A DNA stretch of 64,000 bases. It comes from a bacterium (lineage in GTDB: Bacteria; Bacillota; Clostridia; Christensenellales; DTU072). The DNA is taken from assembly GCA_963644945.1 (NCBI GenBank), contig CAVIQK010000002.1, positions 111,326 to 175,325 on the forward strand, read 5' to 3'. This document shows, one piece after another, positions 1-9,529 of the stretch. Both the position numbers and the translations under genes were made by a program. Positions within the stretch are counted from its first letter, which is position 1; each line of letters opens with the position of its first letter. The notes under the pieces are model-generated. The model was not told the DNA's origin, did not search any database, and saw nothing but the letters and a program-made list of their open reading frames with translations.

Positions 1-1
1 T

Positions 2-2815
2 GCCAAAGAAAAGGAATACAACGAAAACAACCGCAATCACTCTTTGGCGTTTGCGGATTTGAGCAACTTGAATATTCTTTCCGAAAAATATCAAGAAGAA
101 AAAACCCAACTTTTAATATCGAGAGAAAGATACGAAGGCGACAACCGTCTTTATACCGAAAAAATCAACAGAGCCAAAGAAGAACTTGAAAAACTTTCAA
201 CGGAACTTTCTCAAGATTCGGTCTTAAAACAAACAAAAGAAACCGAAAGATCCGAAAAAGCCGTCGAAAAAGACAAGAAAACGGCAGAGTTTATCGAATT
301 AAATCAACAATATAAACAAAAAGAAGAAGAACTCAATAAGTATGCTCAAGAAGTCGCTCAAAAGGAGAAAGAATTAGAGCGTTCAAGACAAATTATCATG
401 AGATCTCAAGACGATTTGAGTGAAGCCAACAAACTCACATCCGTTTTGACTGCAAAGAAAGAAGTTCTACTCGAAAGTTTAGGCGACGACAAGGAAATTA
501 TCAAGGAAAAACGCCATAAACTTGCCGAATGCAACAAAGAAATAGCCGGTTTTGAGCAGTCCCTAAAAGATGCCGAAACCGAAAAAGACGATAAACTAAG
601 AGATCTAGTTCAAGCCCAAGAAAATTTGCAAGCCTGTCTTGACGAACTTTCTAGCACCAATATCGTTTTGAGAGAAAAAGAAAGAGACGTAATGAGTCTC
701 GAAACTCGTATCACAGTCCTAGAAGAGAGCAAAAATAGTCTAGACAACTATGCCGATTCCGTAAGAGGCATAATAAGAGCATCGTCACAAGATCTCGAAC
801 TCAACAGATGTTTGGTCGGTGTAGTCGGCGAAATGCTCACAGTCCCCAAAGATCTCCAACTGGCAATAGAAGTTGCCCTCGGCGGAAATATACAAAACAT
901 TATCACCTACACCCAGTCCGATGCGGCTACGCTTATAGACTATCTCAAAGCGAAGAGTCTCGGGCGTGCCACATTTTTACCGCTAGATGCGATGAAACCC
1001 AACGACATCCCCGACGAAAGAGTGCTTGACGAAGACGGAGTCGTAGGAGTTGCCGTCGATCTTATCAAATTTGACAGAAAAATTCTCCCTGCCGTTTCCA
1101 ATCTTTTAGGTAGAACCGTAGTCATGGAAGACAAAGCGGTTGCCGCCCGTCTTATGCGCAAATATAATTTCTCGTTTAGAGCGGTCACATTGGACGGCGC
1201 TCTTTACCAACAAAGCGGTGCCATTACCGGTGGTAAAGAACTGTCAAAAGATGCTAGAATTTTAGGAAGAGACGCCGAACTTGAAGAATGCAAGAAAAAA
1301 CTCTCCGCAGCCGAAAGAGCCGTCGAAACCATCAAAAGAGATCTAAAAGACAAGGAAGACGAGTCCAAGAATTTGACATCGGCAAAGAATATTATTTCTA
1401 GCCAAATAGAAAAATTAAATCTTACGATAGCCACAATAACAGCCAATATCGAAGCCAAACGCAACGAAGCCAAGACCATCGAAGACGATACGGACAAGAC
1501 TTCCGGACAAAATCAAGAAACACTCGAAAAGATCAAAGAACTTGAAAAACTAATAGAAGAAAGTGCCAAAAAGGAAGACGATTTTTCATCCAAAAAAGTC
1601 GAAGCCAACGAAATTCTCGATCTCATGAAAGACGAAGTCAATGCCATGAGAGAAAAGAGAGACGACATGGCATCAAAACTCTCCGACTTGAAAGTTTCGT
1701 CCGGTGCCGTAGATTCGACAATGTCTGCGCTAGAACGTGAAATTGCTCGTTTGGATGCCGAAATATCCCATCTTTATTCGGATATTCAGTCAAAATCGAC
1801 ACGAGAAAAAATCGTCAAGCAAGAACTTCAAGATGCCCAAAGCAAAATCGACACTACCAAATTTTCCAAGGAAGATCAAGACAAATTGTCGGCGATTGCG
1901 GAGCAACTTGACAAGATTAGAGACTATAATGCCGAACTTCAAGAGAAGTTAAAAACCATTGCCGAAAACAGCGAAAGAATAACCAAAGAACTCAATGCTC
2001 TAAACGGAAGAAAAGCCGGCATCAATGCAAAACTCGAACATCTAAAAGAAGCCGTTTTGCAAATGGAAGAAAAAATCAGAGAAGAATATCAACTCGACAA
2101 AGAATCAGCCGAGCAATATAGAGTCGAAGATTTCGATGTTGACAATGCCATGCAAAATGTCGCTCGTATCAAGGGACAAATTGCCCGTTACGGCCCCGTC
2201 AACGAACTAGCCGTCGAGCAATATAAAGAGAACAAAGAAAAATACGACGACTACAAAAAACAATTCGACGACGTCGAAAAGGCAGAACAAGACCTACGTA
2301 AAATCATCGCCGACCTCACCGCCGAAATGGAAACGGTTTTTGTTACGGCGTTCAACCAAATCAACGAAAACTTCAAACATATTTATGCAGAATTATTCGA
2401 AGGCGGCAGAGCCAACCTAAAACTCGATTTGTCCGAGGGCGAATCGGTTTTGACAGCCCCTATCGACATAGAAGCCGTCCCCAAAGGCAAGAACCTAAAA
2501 AGTGTCGGTCAGTTGTCGGGCGGAGAGCAAGCACTTACCGCAGTCGGCATACTGTTTGCCATTATTATGCTAAAACCGATGCCCTTCTGTGTACTTGACG
2601 AAGTCGATGCCGCAATGGACGACGTCAATGCCGAATTGTTTGCTAAATATTTGAAAAAATTTGCAGGAAAAACGCAGTTTATTGTAATTACGCACAAAAA
2701 GCCGACAATGCAAATGGCAGATTATTTATATGGTGTAACAATGCAAGAAGTCGGTGTATCCAAAGTCGTTAGCGTACAACTTACCGATGCCGTCGGTATG
2801 GCAGAAAAGGGTTAA
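2..2815 (+). CDS. smc: chromosome segregation protein SMC, C-terminal 937 aa (5' end lies upstream of the window)
   Basis: Frame is open from nt 2, so the track start (TTG 44) is internal. Long E/K/L-rich coiled coil; hinge GVVGEMLTVPKDLQLAIEVALGG; ABC signature LSGGEQALTAV and Walker B FCVLDEVDAAMD near the C-terminus. Confidence 0.95.
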   Translation, partial: AKEKEYNENNRNHSLAFADLSNLNILSEKYQEEKTQLLISRERYEGDNRLYTEKINRAKEELEKLSTELSQDSVLKQTKETERSEKAVEKDKKTAEFIELNQQYKQKEEELNKYAQEVAQKEKELERSRQIIMRSQDDLSEANKLTSVLTAKKEVLLESLGDDKEIIKEKRHKLAECNKEIAGFEQSLKDAETEKDDKLRDLVQAQENLQACLDELSSTNIVLREKERDVMSLETRITVLEESKNSLDNYADSVRGIIRASSQDLELNRCLVGVVGEMLTVPKDLQLAIEVALGGNIQNIITYTQSDAATLIDYLKAKSLGRATFLPLDAMKPNDIPDERVLDEDGVVGVAVDLIKFDRKILPAVSNLLGRTVVMEDKAVAARLMRKYNFSFRAVTLDGALYQQSGAITGGKELSKDARILGRDAELEECKKKLSAAERAVETIKRDLKDKEDESKNLTSAKNIISSQIEKLNLTIATITANIEAKRNEAKTIEDDTDKTSGQNQETLEKIKELEKLIEESAKKEDDFSSKKVEANEILDLMKDEVNAMREKRDDMASKLSDLKVSSGAVDSTMSALEREIARLDAEISHLYSDIQSKSTREKIVKQELQDAQSKIDTTKFSKEDQDKLSAIAEQLDKIRDYNAELQEKLKTIAENSERITKELNALNGRKAGINAKLEHLKEAVLQMEEKIREEYQLDKESAEQYRVEDFDVDNAMQNVARIKGQIARYGPVNELAVEQYKENKEKYDDYKKQFDDVEKAEQDLRKIIADLTAEMETVFVTAFNQINENFKHIYAELFEGGRANLKLDLSEGESVLTAPIDIEAVPKGKNLKSVGQLSGGEQALTAVGILFAIIMLKPMPFCVLDEVDAAMDDVNAELFAKYLKKFAGKTQFIVITHKKPTMQMADYLYGVTMQEVGVSKVVSVQLTDAVGMAEKG

Positions 2816-2816
2816 T

Positions 2817-3710
2817 ATGGGTATATTTTCTAGAATCAAAGAAAGTCTTATAAAGACAAAAGACAGTATTTCCAAAAAACTTTTTGAAGTTTTTTCGGCA
2901 AAAGAACTAGACGACGAATTCTACGAGAATTTAGAAGTCGCTTTAATATCGTCCGATATGGGAGTTACTGCGACAGAACAAGTTATCGAAGAATTGAAAG
3001 AGTCGGTTTTTAGAAAGAAAATCACTGCGCCGGAAAACGCCAAAAAGGAACTAAAACGTATCATTTTAGAGTCCATCGACTACGAAATACCCGAATATGA
3101 ATATCCTCTTTGCATTATGGTTGCAGGAGTCAACGGAGTCGGCAAAACAACGGCTATCGGAAAACTTGCCCACTATTTCAAAGAGCAAGGCAAAACCGTC
3201 ACAATTGCCGCCGCAGACACATTTAGAGCGGCAGCCTCCGACCAATTGGAAGTTTGGGCAGATAGAGCCGACGTAAGAATAATCAAGCACGAAGAGGGTA
3301 GCGATCCCGCAGCCGTCGTCTTTGATGCCTTGAAATCGGCAGTCGCCAAAAATACCGACGTTGTCTTGATAGACACAGCCGGAAGATTGCACAACAAAAA
3401 GAATTTGATGGAAGAACTCAAAAAAATCGAACGTGTAATCGAAAGAGAAGCCCCCAATTTTGACAGAAGGAATTATATTGTCCTCGATGCGACCACCGGA
3501 CAAAATGCCGTCCAACAAGTCGATATTTTCGGAGAAGCCATAGATATTGACGGCATAATACTAACAAAACTTGACGGTACGGCAAAAGGCGGAGTCGTTC
3601 TTGCCATATCCGCAGAATACGAAGTCCCCGTTGTCTTTGTAGGAATAGGCGAAAAAATTGACGATCTCATCCCCTTCAACGCCCAAGACTTTGTTGACAG
3701 CATATTTTAA
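2817..3710 (+). CDS. ftsY: signal recognition particle receptor FtsY
   Basis: ATG 2817 lies 1 nt after the smc stop; the track ORF from 2754 is an upstream extension. SRP-GTPase motifs GVNGVGKTT, DTAGR, TKLDG. Confidence 0.93.
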   Translation: MGIFSRIKESLIKTKDSISKKLFEVFSAKELDDEFYENLEVALISSDMGVTATEQVIEELKESVFRKKITAPENAKKELKRIILESIDYEIPEYEYPLCIMVAGVNGVGKTTAIGKLAHYFKEQGKTVTIAAADTFRAAASDQLEVWADRADVRIIKHEEGSDPAAVVFDALKSAVAKNTDVVLIDTAGRLHNKKNLMEELKKIERVIEREAPNFDRRNYIVLDATTGQNAVQQVDIFGEAIDIDGIILTKLDGTAKGGVVLAISAEYEVPVVFVGIGEKIDDLIPFNAQDFVDSIF

Positions 3711-3733
3711 TCGGCAGTTTGCCGATTTTTTTT
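3711..3733 (+). terminator. intrinsic terminator after ftsY
   Basis: TCGGCA-GTT-TGCCGA hairpin directly after the stop codon, followed by a run of about 9 T. Confidence 0.8.
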
Positions 3734-3743
3734 ATAAATTTTC

Positions 3744-3772
3744 TTGACATATACCAAAATATAGTTCACAAT
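3744..3772 (+). promoter_or_regulatory. candidate sigma-A promoter of the ylxM-ffh operon
   Basis: TTGACA (3744-3749), 17-nt spacer, weak -10 CACAAT (3767-3772). Confidence 0.35.
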
Positions 3773-3804
3773 ATGTGTATAGTAAAAATACTTGTCAAGC
3801 ATAT

Positions 3805-4131
3805 ATGAAAGAATTATCCAAAACCGATTACTGTTTGTTGTTAGATTATTATGGCGAATTGCTCAATGATTACCAAAAAGAAGCATTGAGGCTATACTAT
3901 GATTGCGACATGACATATACGGAGATTGCCGAATCGTTTTCAATATCCAGACAAGGCGCAAGAGATTTGATTGAGCGGTTATCCGAAAAAATCAAAAGTT
4001 ACGAAGATAAACTCCATTTTGTCAAAAGAATCGGAGATTACGAAAAAGAATTGGACAAATTGATTGCTACTACCGACGGTAAAACCAAAGAAAAAATAGT
4101 AGTACTCAAGAAAAAACTCAGGGAGATTTAA
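3805..4131 (+). CDS. ylxM: YlxM/UPF0122 putative DNA-binding protein (SRP operon)
   Basis: ATG 3805 gives MKELSKTDYCLLLDYYGELL..., colinear with my recollection of B. subtilis YlxM. HTH-like segment EIAESFSISRQGARDLI. Conserved position immediately upstream of ffh; the stop is 1 nt before the ffh ATG. Confidence 0.85.
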   Translation: MKELSKTDYCLLLDYYGELLNDYQKEALRLYYDCDMTYTEIAESFSISRQGARDLIERLSEKIKSYEDKLHFVKRIGDYEKELDKLIATTDGKTKEKIVVLKKKLREI

Positions 4132-4132
4132 T

Positions 4133-5449
4133 ATGGCTTTACTAGGCACTCTTTCCGAAAAGTTGTCGCACGTGTTTTCAAAATTAAAAAACAAGGGCGC
4201 ACTTACCGAACTTGAGATCAAAAATGCTATGAGAGAAATTCGTGTCGCTTTGCTCGAAGCGGACGTCAATTTTGCCGTAGCCAAAGATTTCATCAACAAG
4301 GTTTCCGAAAGAGCCGTAGGCGACAATATCCTAAAAGGTCTTGACAGCAGTCAACAAGTCGTAAAAATCGTCAACGAAGAACTTATCGCATTGATGGGAT
4401 CATCTCATCAAAAACTCAACGTTTCCGACAGACCGCCGACCGTCATTTTGATGAGTGGTTTACAAGGCGCAGGCAAAACCACAATGTGTGGAAAACTTGC
4501 GTGCTACCTCAAGAAAAACGGCAAAAAACCTATGCTTGTCGCTTGCGACATATATAGACCGGCGGCAATCCAACAATTAAAAATTGTCGGAGGAAAAGCA
4601 GGAGTTGACGTCTATTCGTCCGACGACAAAAATGCCGTAAAAATCGCAAAAGAAGGCATAAAAACAGCCACTGCGAAAGGTTGCGACACTGTTATCATAG
4701 ATACAGCCGGACGCCTTCACATCGACCAAGTCTTGATGAAAGAAATCAAAGACATCAAGGATGCCACCAATCCCACAGAAATACTCTTGGTCATTGATGC
4801 AATGCTAGGTCAAGATGCCGTCAACGTAGCAAAAGAATTCAACGAAGCCCTAGAAATCACCGGTGTAATACTTACAAAACTCGACGGCGATACAAGAGGC
4901 GGTGCCGCATTATCGGTAAAAGCCGTCACCGGAAAACCTATAAAATTTATAGGCACAGGCGAGAAAATGGGCGATTTGGAGCCGTTTTATCCGGATCGCA
5001 TGGCATCAAGACTACTCGGCATGGGCGACGTTCTCACGCTGATAGAAAAAGCCCAACAAGCCATCAACGAAGAAGATGCCCTAAAACTTGCCAAGAAAAT
5101 GAAGGACAAAACCTTCGATTTGAATGACTACTTGGACCAACTTGCCAACATAAAAAAGATGGGCAATTTGTCCGACATGATAGGCATGATCCCGGGGATG
5201 AGTTCAAAACTAAAAGGACAAAACCTCGATGTTGACGAAAAACGCATCGAACAAACCAAAGCAATAATCACATCTATGACACCTAGGGAGCGTAAATATC
5301 CCGAAATACTCAATGCATCCCGCAGACGTCGTATCGCCAAAGGTAGCGGAGTAGAAGTCGCAGATGTCAACAGACTCATCAACCAATTTGACCAAATGAA
5401 AAAAATGATGTCAAAAATGAGTTCAGGGAAAATGAGATTCCCGTTTTAA
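4133..5449 (+). CDS. ffh: signal recognition particle protein Ffh (SRP54)
   Basis: GTPase motifs GLQGAGKTT, DTAGR, TKLDGD; Met-rich C-terminal M domain (MGNLSDMIGMIPGM...MKKMMSKM). Confidence 0.96.
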   Translation: MALLGTLSEKLSHVFSKLKNKGALTELEIKNAMREIRVALLEADVNFAVAKDFINKVSERAVGDNILKGLDSSQQVVKIVNEELIALMGSSHQKLNVSDRPPTVILMSGLQGAGKTTMCGKLACYLKKNGKKPMLVACDIYRPAAIQQLKIVGGKAGVDVYSSDDKNAVKIAKEGIKTATAKGCDTVIIDTAGRLHIDQVLMKEIKDIKDATNPTEILLVIDAMLGQDAVNVAKEFNEALEITGVILTKLDGDTRGGAALSVKAVTGKPIKFIGTGEKMGDLEPFYPDRMASRLLGMGDVLTLIEKAQQAINEEDALKLAKKMKDKTFDLNDYLDQLANIKKMGNLSDMIGMIPGMSSKLKGQNLDVDEKRIEQTKAIITSMTPRERKYPEILNASRRRRIAKGSGVEVADVNRLINQFDQMKKMMSKMSSGKMRFPF

Positions 5450-5492
5450 CTAAAAAATTATAAATAAACATATATACAAGGAGAATAAAAAA

Positions 5493-5756
5493 ATGGCAGT
5501 AAAATTGAGACTCACAAGAATGGGCGCAAAGAAAAATCCTTTCTATCGTATCGTAGCAGTCGATGGAAGACAAGCAAGAGACGGACGTTATATCGAGCAA
5601 ATCGGTTACTATGATCCCACAAAAGAAAATGTCAAAATCGACGTTGAACTTGCAAAGAAATGGATTGCCAACGGTGCCCAACCTACCGACACTGTAAAAG
5701 ATCTTCTCTTCAAAGCCGGTGCTATCGAAGAAAAGAAAAACGTCAAAAAGGCATAA
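5493..5756 (+). CDS. rpsP: 30S ribosomal protein S16
   Basis: [24 protein letters not shown]...; AAGGAG Shine-Dalgarno upstream. Confidence 0.96.
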   Translation: MAVKLRLTRMGAKKNPFYRIVAVDGRQARDGRYIEQIGYYDPTKENVKIDVELAKKWIANGAQPTDTVKDLLFKAGAIEEKKNVKKA

Positions 5757-5767
5757 TTGAGGTCGCT

Positions 5768-6004
5768 ATGCACGAATTAGTAGATTATATTGTATCATCT
5801 TTTATACCAAAAGAGAGTTATGATCTTGTCGTGTATGAGGAAGACGATGAAACCGAGATAAAAATCTTGGTTGACAAAGAGCATATTGCAAAACTCATAG
5901 GCAGACAAGGAAAACTTGCCAAAGCAATTCGCACATTAGTAAAAATCAAATCTCAAATGACAGGGCAAAAATGCAATGTCACGATTGAGGATAAATGCGA
6001 CTAA
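5768..6004 (+). CDS. khpA: KH-domain RNA-binding protein (YlqC/KhpA family)
   Basis: ATG 5768; the track ORF from 5660 overlaps rpsP in another frame. KH GXXG motif IGRQGKLAKAIRTLV. Conserved slot between rpsP and rimM. Confidence 0.85.
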   Translation: MHELVDYIVSSFIPKESYDLVVYEEDDETEIKILVDKEHIAKLIGRQGKLAKAIRTLVKIKSQMTGQKCNVTIEDKCD

Positions 6005-6492
6005 AAATTGGCGAAGTCTTAAAACCTCAAGGGATAAAAGGCGAAATAAAAGTTAGATCATTATTTGACACCCCGGAAGAATTTTCGGGGATTTCGTCAA
6101 TTTATGTAGGAGAAAATTCTTACAAAATCAAAGCCGTAAGAGTGAGAGAAGGTTTTGTATATTTGACTCTTGACGGCATTATTGACATAAATTCTGCAGA
6201 GACTCTACGAGGCAAAACCATCGAAATTTTGAGATCCGATGCCCCCAAACTTCCCGAAGGTCGATTTTATATTGACGACTTATTAGGGCTTGACATTATA
6301 GTTGACGGGCAAAAAATCGGTGTTCTCAATCAAGTTTTGCAATACGGCTCTGCGGATATTTATTCGGTAAAGGGTGACAAAAATTTAATGTTCCCTGCAC
6401 TGAAAAAAGTTATCAAAAGTGTAGATTTGTCCGCAAAACAAATAGTTTTGGACGGTGTCGAATTCCAAAAGGTCGCAGTCTATGAAAATTGA
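5995..6492 (+). CDS. rimM: 16S rRNA processing protein RimM
   Basis: MRLKIGEVLKPQGIKGEIKV... N-terminus typical of RimM; PRC barrel-like C-terminus; overlaps the khpA stop; sits upstream of trmD. Confidence 0.92.
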   Translation: MRLKIGEVLKPQGIKGEIKVRSLFDTPEEFSGISSIYVGENSYKIKAVRVREGFVYLTLDGIIDINSAETLRGKTIEILRSDAPKLPEGRFYIDDLLGLDIIVDGQKIGVLNQVLQYGSADIYSVKGDKNLMFPALKKVIKSVDLSAKQIVLDGVEFQKVAVYEN

Positions 6493-7150
6493 TGTTTTGA
6501 CAATTTTTCCCGAAATTTACGATACACTCAATGCAAGTATTATAGGGAAAGCATTAGAAAACAATCTTTTTGACGTCAACATTGTCAATATTCGTGATTA
6601 TTCCGAAGACAAGCATCAAAAAACCGACGACTATCCCTTCGGCGGAGGTGCCGGCATGGTCATGATGTGCCAACCTCTCGTTTCGGCAATAAGGGCAGTC
6701 GATCCCACGCACAGCAAAAAAAGAATTTATCTTTCCCCTCAAGGCAAAACTCTCAATCAAAACATCGTCAAAACTCTTGCAAAAGAAGACGGTTTTATAC
6801 TTGTCAACGGCAGTTACGAAGGCATCGACCAAAGAGTAATCGATTTAGAAATCGACGAAGAAATCTCTATCGGTGATTATGTTATGACATCCGGAGATCT
6901 CGGTAGCCTAGTTCTAATCAACTGTGTTGCAAGATATATTGACGGAGTTTTAGGATCGAAAGAATCTACCGACGAAGAAAGTTTCGAAGACAACTTACTA
7001 GAATATCCCCAATACACCAGACCACAAAATTTTGAAGGACACGAGGTCCCCTCGGTACTTCTTTCAGGTAATCACCAAAAAATCAAAGAGTGGCGAGATC
7101 AAAAACGCATCGAAGTCACCCTCAAAAAACGCCCCGATTTACTAAAATGA
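6482..7150 (+). CDS. trmD: tRNA (guanine37-N1)-methyltransferase TrmD
   Basis: ATG 6482 gives MKIDVLTIFPEIYD...; motifs GGGAGMVM, YEGIDQRV, LSGNHQKIKEWR. Confidence 0.95.
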   Translation: MKIDVLTIFPEIYDTLNASIIGKALENNLFDVNIVNIRDYSEDKHQKTDDYPFGGGAGMVMMCQPLVSAIRAVDPTHSKKRIYLSPQGKTLNQNIVKTLAKEDGFILVNGSYEGIDQRVIDLEIDEEISIGDYVMTSGDLGSLVLINCVARYIDGVLGSKESTDEESFEDNLLEYPQYTRPQNFEGHEVPSVLLSGNHQKIKEWRDQKRIEVTLKKRPDLLK

Positions 7151-7992
7151 AAATACATTGGTTCCCCGGCCACATGACAAAAGCATTGAGAATGCTTGAG
7201 TCCGAACTAAAAGCCGTCGATATTATCATATATGTCCTAGATGCACGTGCGCCTTTTGCGTGCCTTTCGCCGTCTTTTGACAATTTGATAGCAAAAAGAC
7301 CTGTTGTTTTTGTTTTGAACAAGTCGGACATGATAGAAAAAAGCGACCTTGTCAAAATAATCAAACATTTTGAAAATCAAGGTAAAATCGTTGTTTCGTC
7401 CAATAGCGTACAAAAAAACGATAAAGATGCAGTGCTTTCGGCAGTAGAACGTATTTCCCAACCGATCAGAGAAAGATATAAGTTAAAAGGTGTCGAAAAA
7501 ACCATTAGAGCAATGGTCGTAGGAGTCCCTAATTCAGGGAAATCTACTCTTATCAACAGCCTTATAAAAACCAAAAAAGTCGTCACCGGCAACAAACCCG
7601 GAGTCACCAGAGGAAAACAATGGGTGCAAGTAGCATCCCATCTCGAACTGCTAGATAGCCCCGGTGTCACATACCCCGATTTTTCCGATGAAGACAAGTC
7701 GCTAAAACTTGCAATTCTCGGTTCTATAAAAGAAGACATCTTGGATTTAGGCGAACTTGGTTATGAATTTGTGTATCTATTGCAACAAAATCACGCCCAA
7801 AACTTGTCGGATCGTTACGGTATAGATATCGAAGGTCTTTCGACTCTCGAAATTTTAGAAGCGATCGGAAAGTCAAGAGGTGTACAACAATTGAGAGGCG
7901 AAGTCGATTACGACAGAATCGCAAAATTGCTTTTGACCGATTTTAGAAAAGGCTATCTCGGTAAAATATGTTTGGAGTCGCTAGATGAATAA
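7147..7992 (+). CDS. rbgA: ribosome biogenesis GTPase A (YlqF/RbgA)
   Basis: ATG 7147 overlaps the trmD stop (ATGA). MKIHWFPGHMTKA. Circularly permuted GTPase: NKSDM (G4) precedes GVPNSGKST (G1). Confidence 0.93.
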   Translation: MKIHWFPGHMTKALRMLESELKAVDIIIYVLDARAPFACLSPSFDNLIAKRPVVFVLNKSDMIEKSDLVKIIKHFENQGKIVVSSNSVQKNDKDAVLSAVERISQPIRERYKLKGVEKTIRAMVVGVPNSGKSTLINSLIKTKKVVTGNKPGVTRGKQWVQVASHLELLDSPGVTYPDFSDEDKSLKLAILGSIKEDILDLGELGYEFVYLLQQNHAQNLSDRYGIDIEGLSTLEILEAIGKSRGVQQLRGEVDYDRIAKLLLTDFRKGYLGKICLESLDE

Positions 7993-8605
7993 AGAACCCG
8001 TCGATTTATTAAAATATGAAAGAGATCTGCTTTCACAAGGTTTTAGATATATTGCCGGTGTTGACGAAGTCGGCAGAGGACCTTTGGCAGGCGACTTGGT
8101 CGTATCCGCAGCAGTTATGGATCTCGAAAATATAATTGACGGAGTCAACGACAGCAAACAGTTGACCGAAAAGAAAAGGGAGGCACTTTTCCCACAAATA
8201 TTGTCAAGAGCCATATCGTACAATACTGTCCATATAAGTCCCCGTATGATAGATGCCGTCAACATTTATGCGGCAACAAAACTTGCAATGGAGCAAGCCA
8301 TAGGCGGACTTTTTGTCGTCCCCGATTTCGTACTTGTCGATGCGATGAAACTAGATTTAGATATCCCGTCTTTATCTATAATAAAAGGCGATGCCACAAG
8401 TTATTCGATAGCATGTGCGTCAATCATTGCAAAAGTCACAAGAGATAGGGAAATGGTAGCCTTGGCTACAAAATACCCCCATTTTGATTTTGATAAAAAC
8501 AAAGGCTACGGCACCCAAGCACACATAGAAGCGTTAAAACTTTACGGTCCCACCGATATCCACAGAAAGACATTTATCAAAAATTTTATCGACGAAAATG
8601 ATTGA
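7985..8605 (+). CDS. rnhB: ribonuclease HII
   Basis: IAGVDEVGRGPLAGDLVVSA catalytic segment and KGYGT motif; 8-nt overlap with rbgA. Confidence 0.94.
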   Translation: MNKEPVDLLKYERDLLSQGFRYIAGVDEVGRGPLAGDLVVSAAVMDLENIIDGVNDSKQLTEKKREALFPQILSRAISYNTVHISPRMIDAVNIYAATKLAMEQAIGGLFVVPDFVLVDAMKLDLDIPSLSIIKGDATSYSIACASIIAKVTRDREMVALATKYPHFDFDKNKGYGTQAHIEALKLYGPTDIHRKTFIKNFIDEND

Positions 8606-8963
8606 AAACGTAAAACACGGAATAGAAGGCGAAGTGTCCGCCAAAATGTTCCTAGAAGACAAGGGCTACAAGATTTTAGACACCAACATTAGTTTTAGAG
8701 GTGTCGGCGAAATAGACATTGTCGCTATGGACGGTGAAACCCTTGTTTTTGTAGAGGTCAAGGCCCGCAAGGACGACAAATACGGTCATCCGCTAGATGC
8801 CGTCAATCTCACAAAACGAAAGAGAATAGTGGCAGCAAGCGGACATTATATTGCCGAAAACAAGACACTCAAATACAAGGACATCAGATACGACGTAATC
8901 GCAATTCTCGGTGAAGAAATCGAGCATTATGAGGACGCATTTTACGGCAAATGGCTAAAATAA
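8598..8963 (+). CDS. yraN: YraN family (UPF0102) endonuclease-like protein
   Basis: 121 aa. GEIDIVAMDGETLVFVEVKAR core typical of UPF0102. Overlaps the rnhB stop; the rnhB-yraN pairing is conserved. Confidence 0.85.
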   Translation: MIENVKHGIEGEVSAKMFLEDKGYKILDTNISFRGVGEIDIVAMDGETLVFVEVKARKDDKYGHPLDAVNLTKRKRIVAASGHYIAENKTLKYKDIRYDVIAILGEEIEHYEDAFYGKWLK

Positions 8964-9026
8964 TCGCCTAACCTGTGTCGCCTTGCAGAAAAAAACAATT
9001 TTTTTAATTTTATTTGAATATTTTAC

Positions 9027-9055
9027 TTGATATTTTTTTCCTTTATAGTTATTAT
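9027..9055 (+). promoter_or_regulatory. sigma-A promoter of rplS
   Basis: TTGATA (9027-9032), 17-nt spacer, TATTAT (9050-9055), inside a 201-bp AT-rich gap. Confidence 0.6.
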
Positions 9056-9061
9056 ATATAA

Positions 9062-9164
9062 GACTTTCGACAGACCTATACGGATAGCATTATTTAATTT
9101 AGGTACAATGCAAAATCCAAAATCCGCATGTATGTCGGTTTACAAGTAATTGGAGGTAAGTCAC
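9062..9164 (+). promoter_or_regulatory. rplS 5' leader (candidate L19-leader-type autoregulatory element)
   Basis: About 100-nt untranslated leader between the predicted promoter and GGAGGT-ATG. Short complementary segments CGACA 9068-9072 / TGTCG 9133-9137 and ACCT 9074-9077 / AGGT of the SD. The Rfam consensus was not verifiable by eye. Confidence 0.35.
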
Positions 9165-9512
9165 ATGAACATTATTGATCAATTGGAACAAGAAGGATTA
9201 AGAACCGATCTTCCCAAGTTTAACATTGGCGACACAGTCAAAGTTTTCGTCAAAGTTAAAGAAGGCAACAAAGAGCGTCTTCAAGCATTCGAAGGCACCG
9301 TCATTGCAAAGAAAAACGGTAGCATCAGAGAAACATTTACCGTTAGACGTGTTTCTTACGGTGTCGGCGTAGAAAGAACCTTCCCCATGCATTCACCCAA
9401 AATCGATCACATCGAAATCGTCAGACAAGGTAAAGTAAGAAGAGCAAAACTTTACTATCTAAGAGATCGTTCCGGTAAAGCGGCAAAAGTAAAACAAGTT
9501 GACCGCTACTAA
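9165..9512 (+). CDS. rplS: 50S ribosomal protein L19
   Basis: ATG 9165 lies 7 nt after [33 protein letters not shown]... Confidence 0.96.
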   Translation: MNIIDQLEQEGLRTDLPKFNIGDTVKVFVKVKEGNKERLQAFEGTVIAKKNGSIRETFTVRRVSYGVGVERTFPMHSPKIDHIEIVRQGKVRRAKLYYLRDRSGKAAKVKQVDRY

Positions 9513-9529
9513 AATTTGAGGTACTTAAA

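Noticed and set aside
2754-2816. Upstream extensions of track ORFs using alternative or early start codons: 2754, 3775, 5660, 6455, 7090, 9150, 11883, 14535, 24272, 36783, 55615 and 60035.
   Set aside because: In each case an internal ATG or GTG with a proper Shine-Dalgarno, or an ATGA overlap, gives the N-terminus conserved in the protein family. The extension overlaps the upstream gene in another frame.
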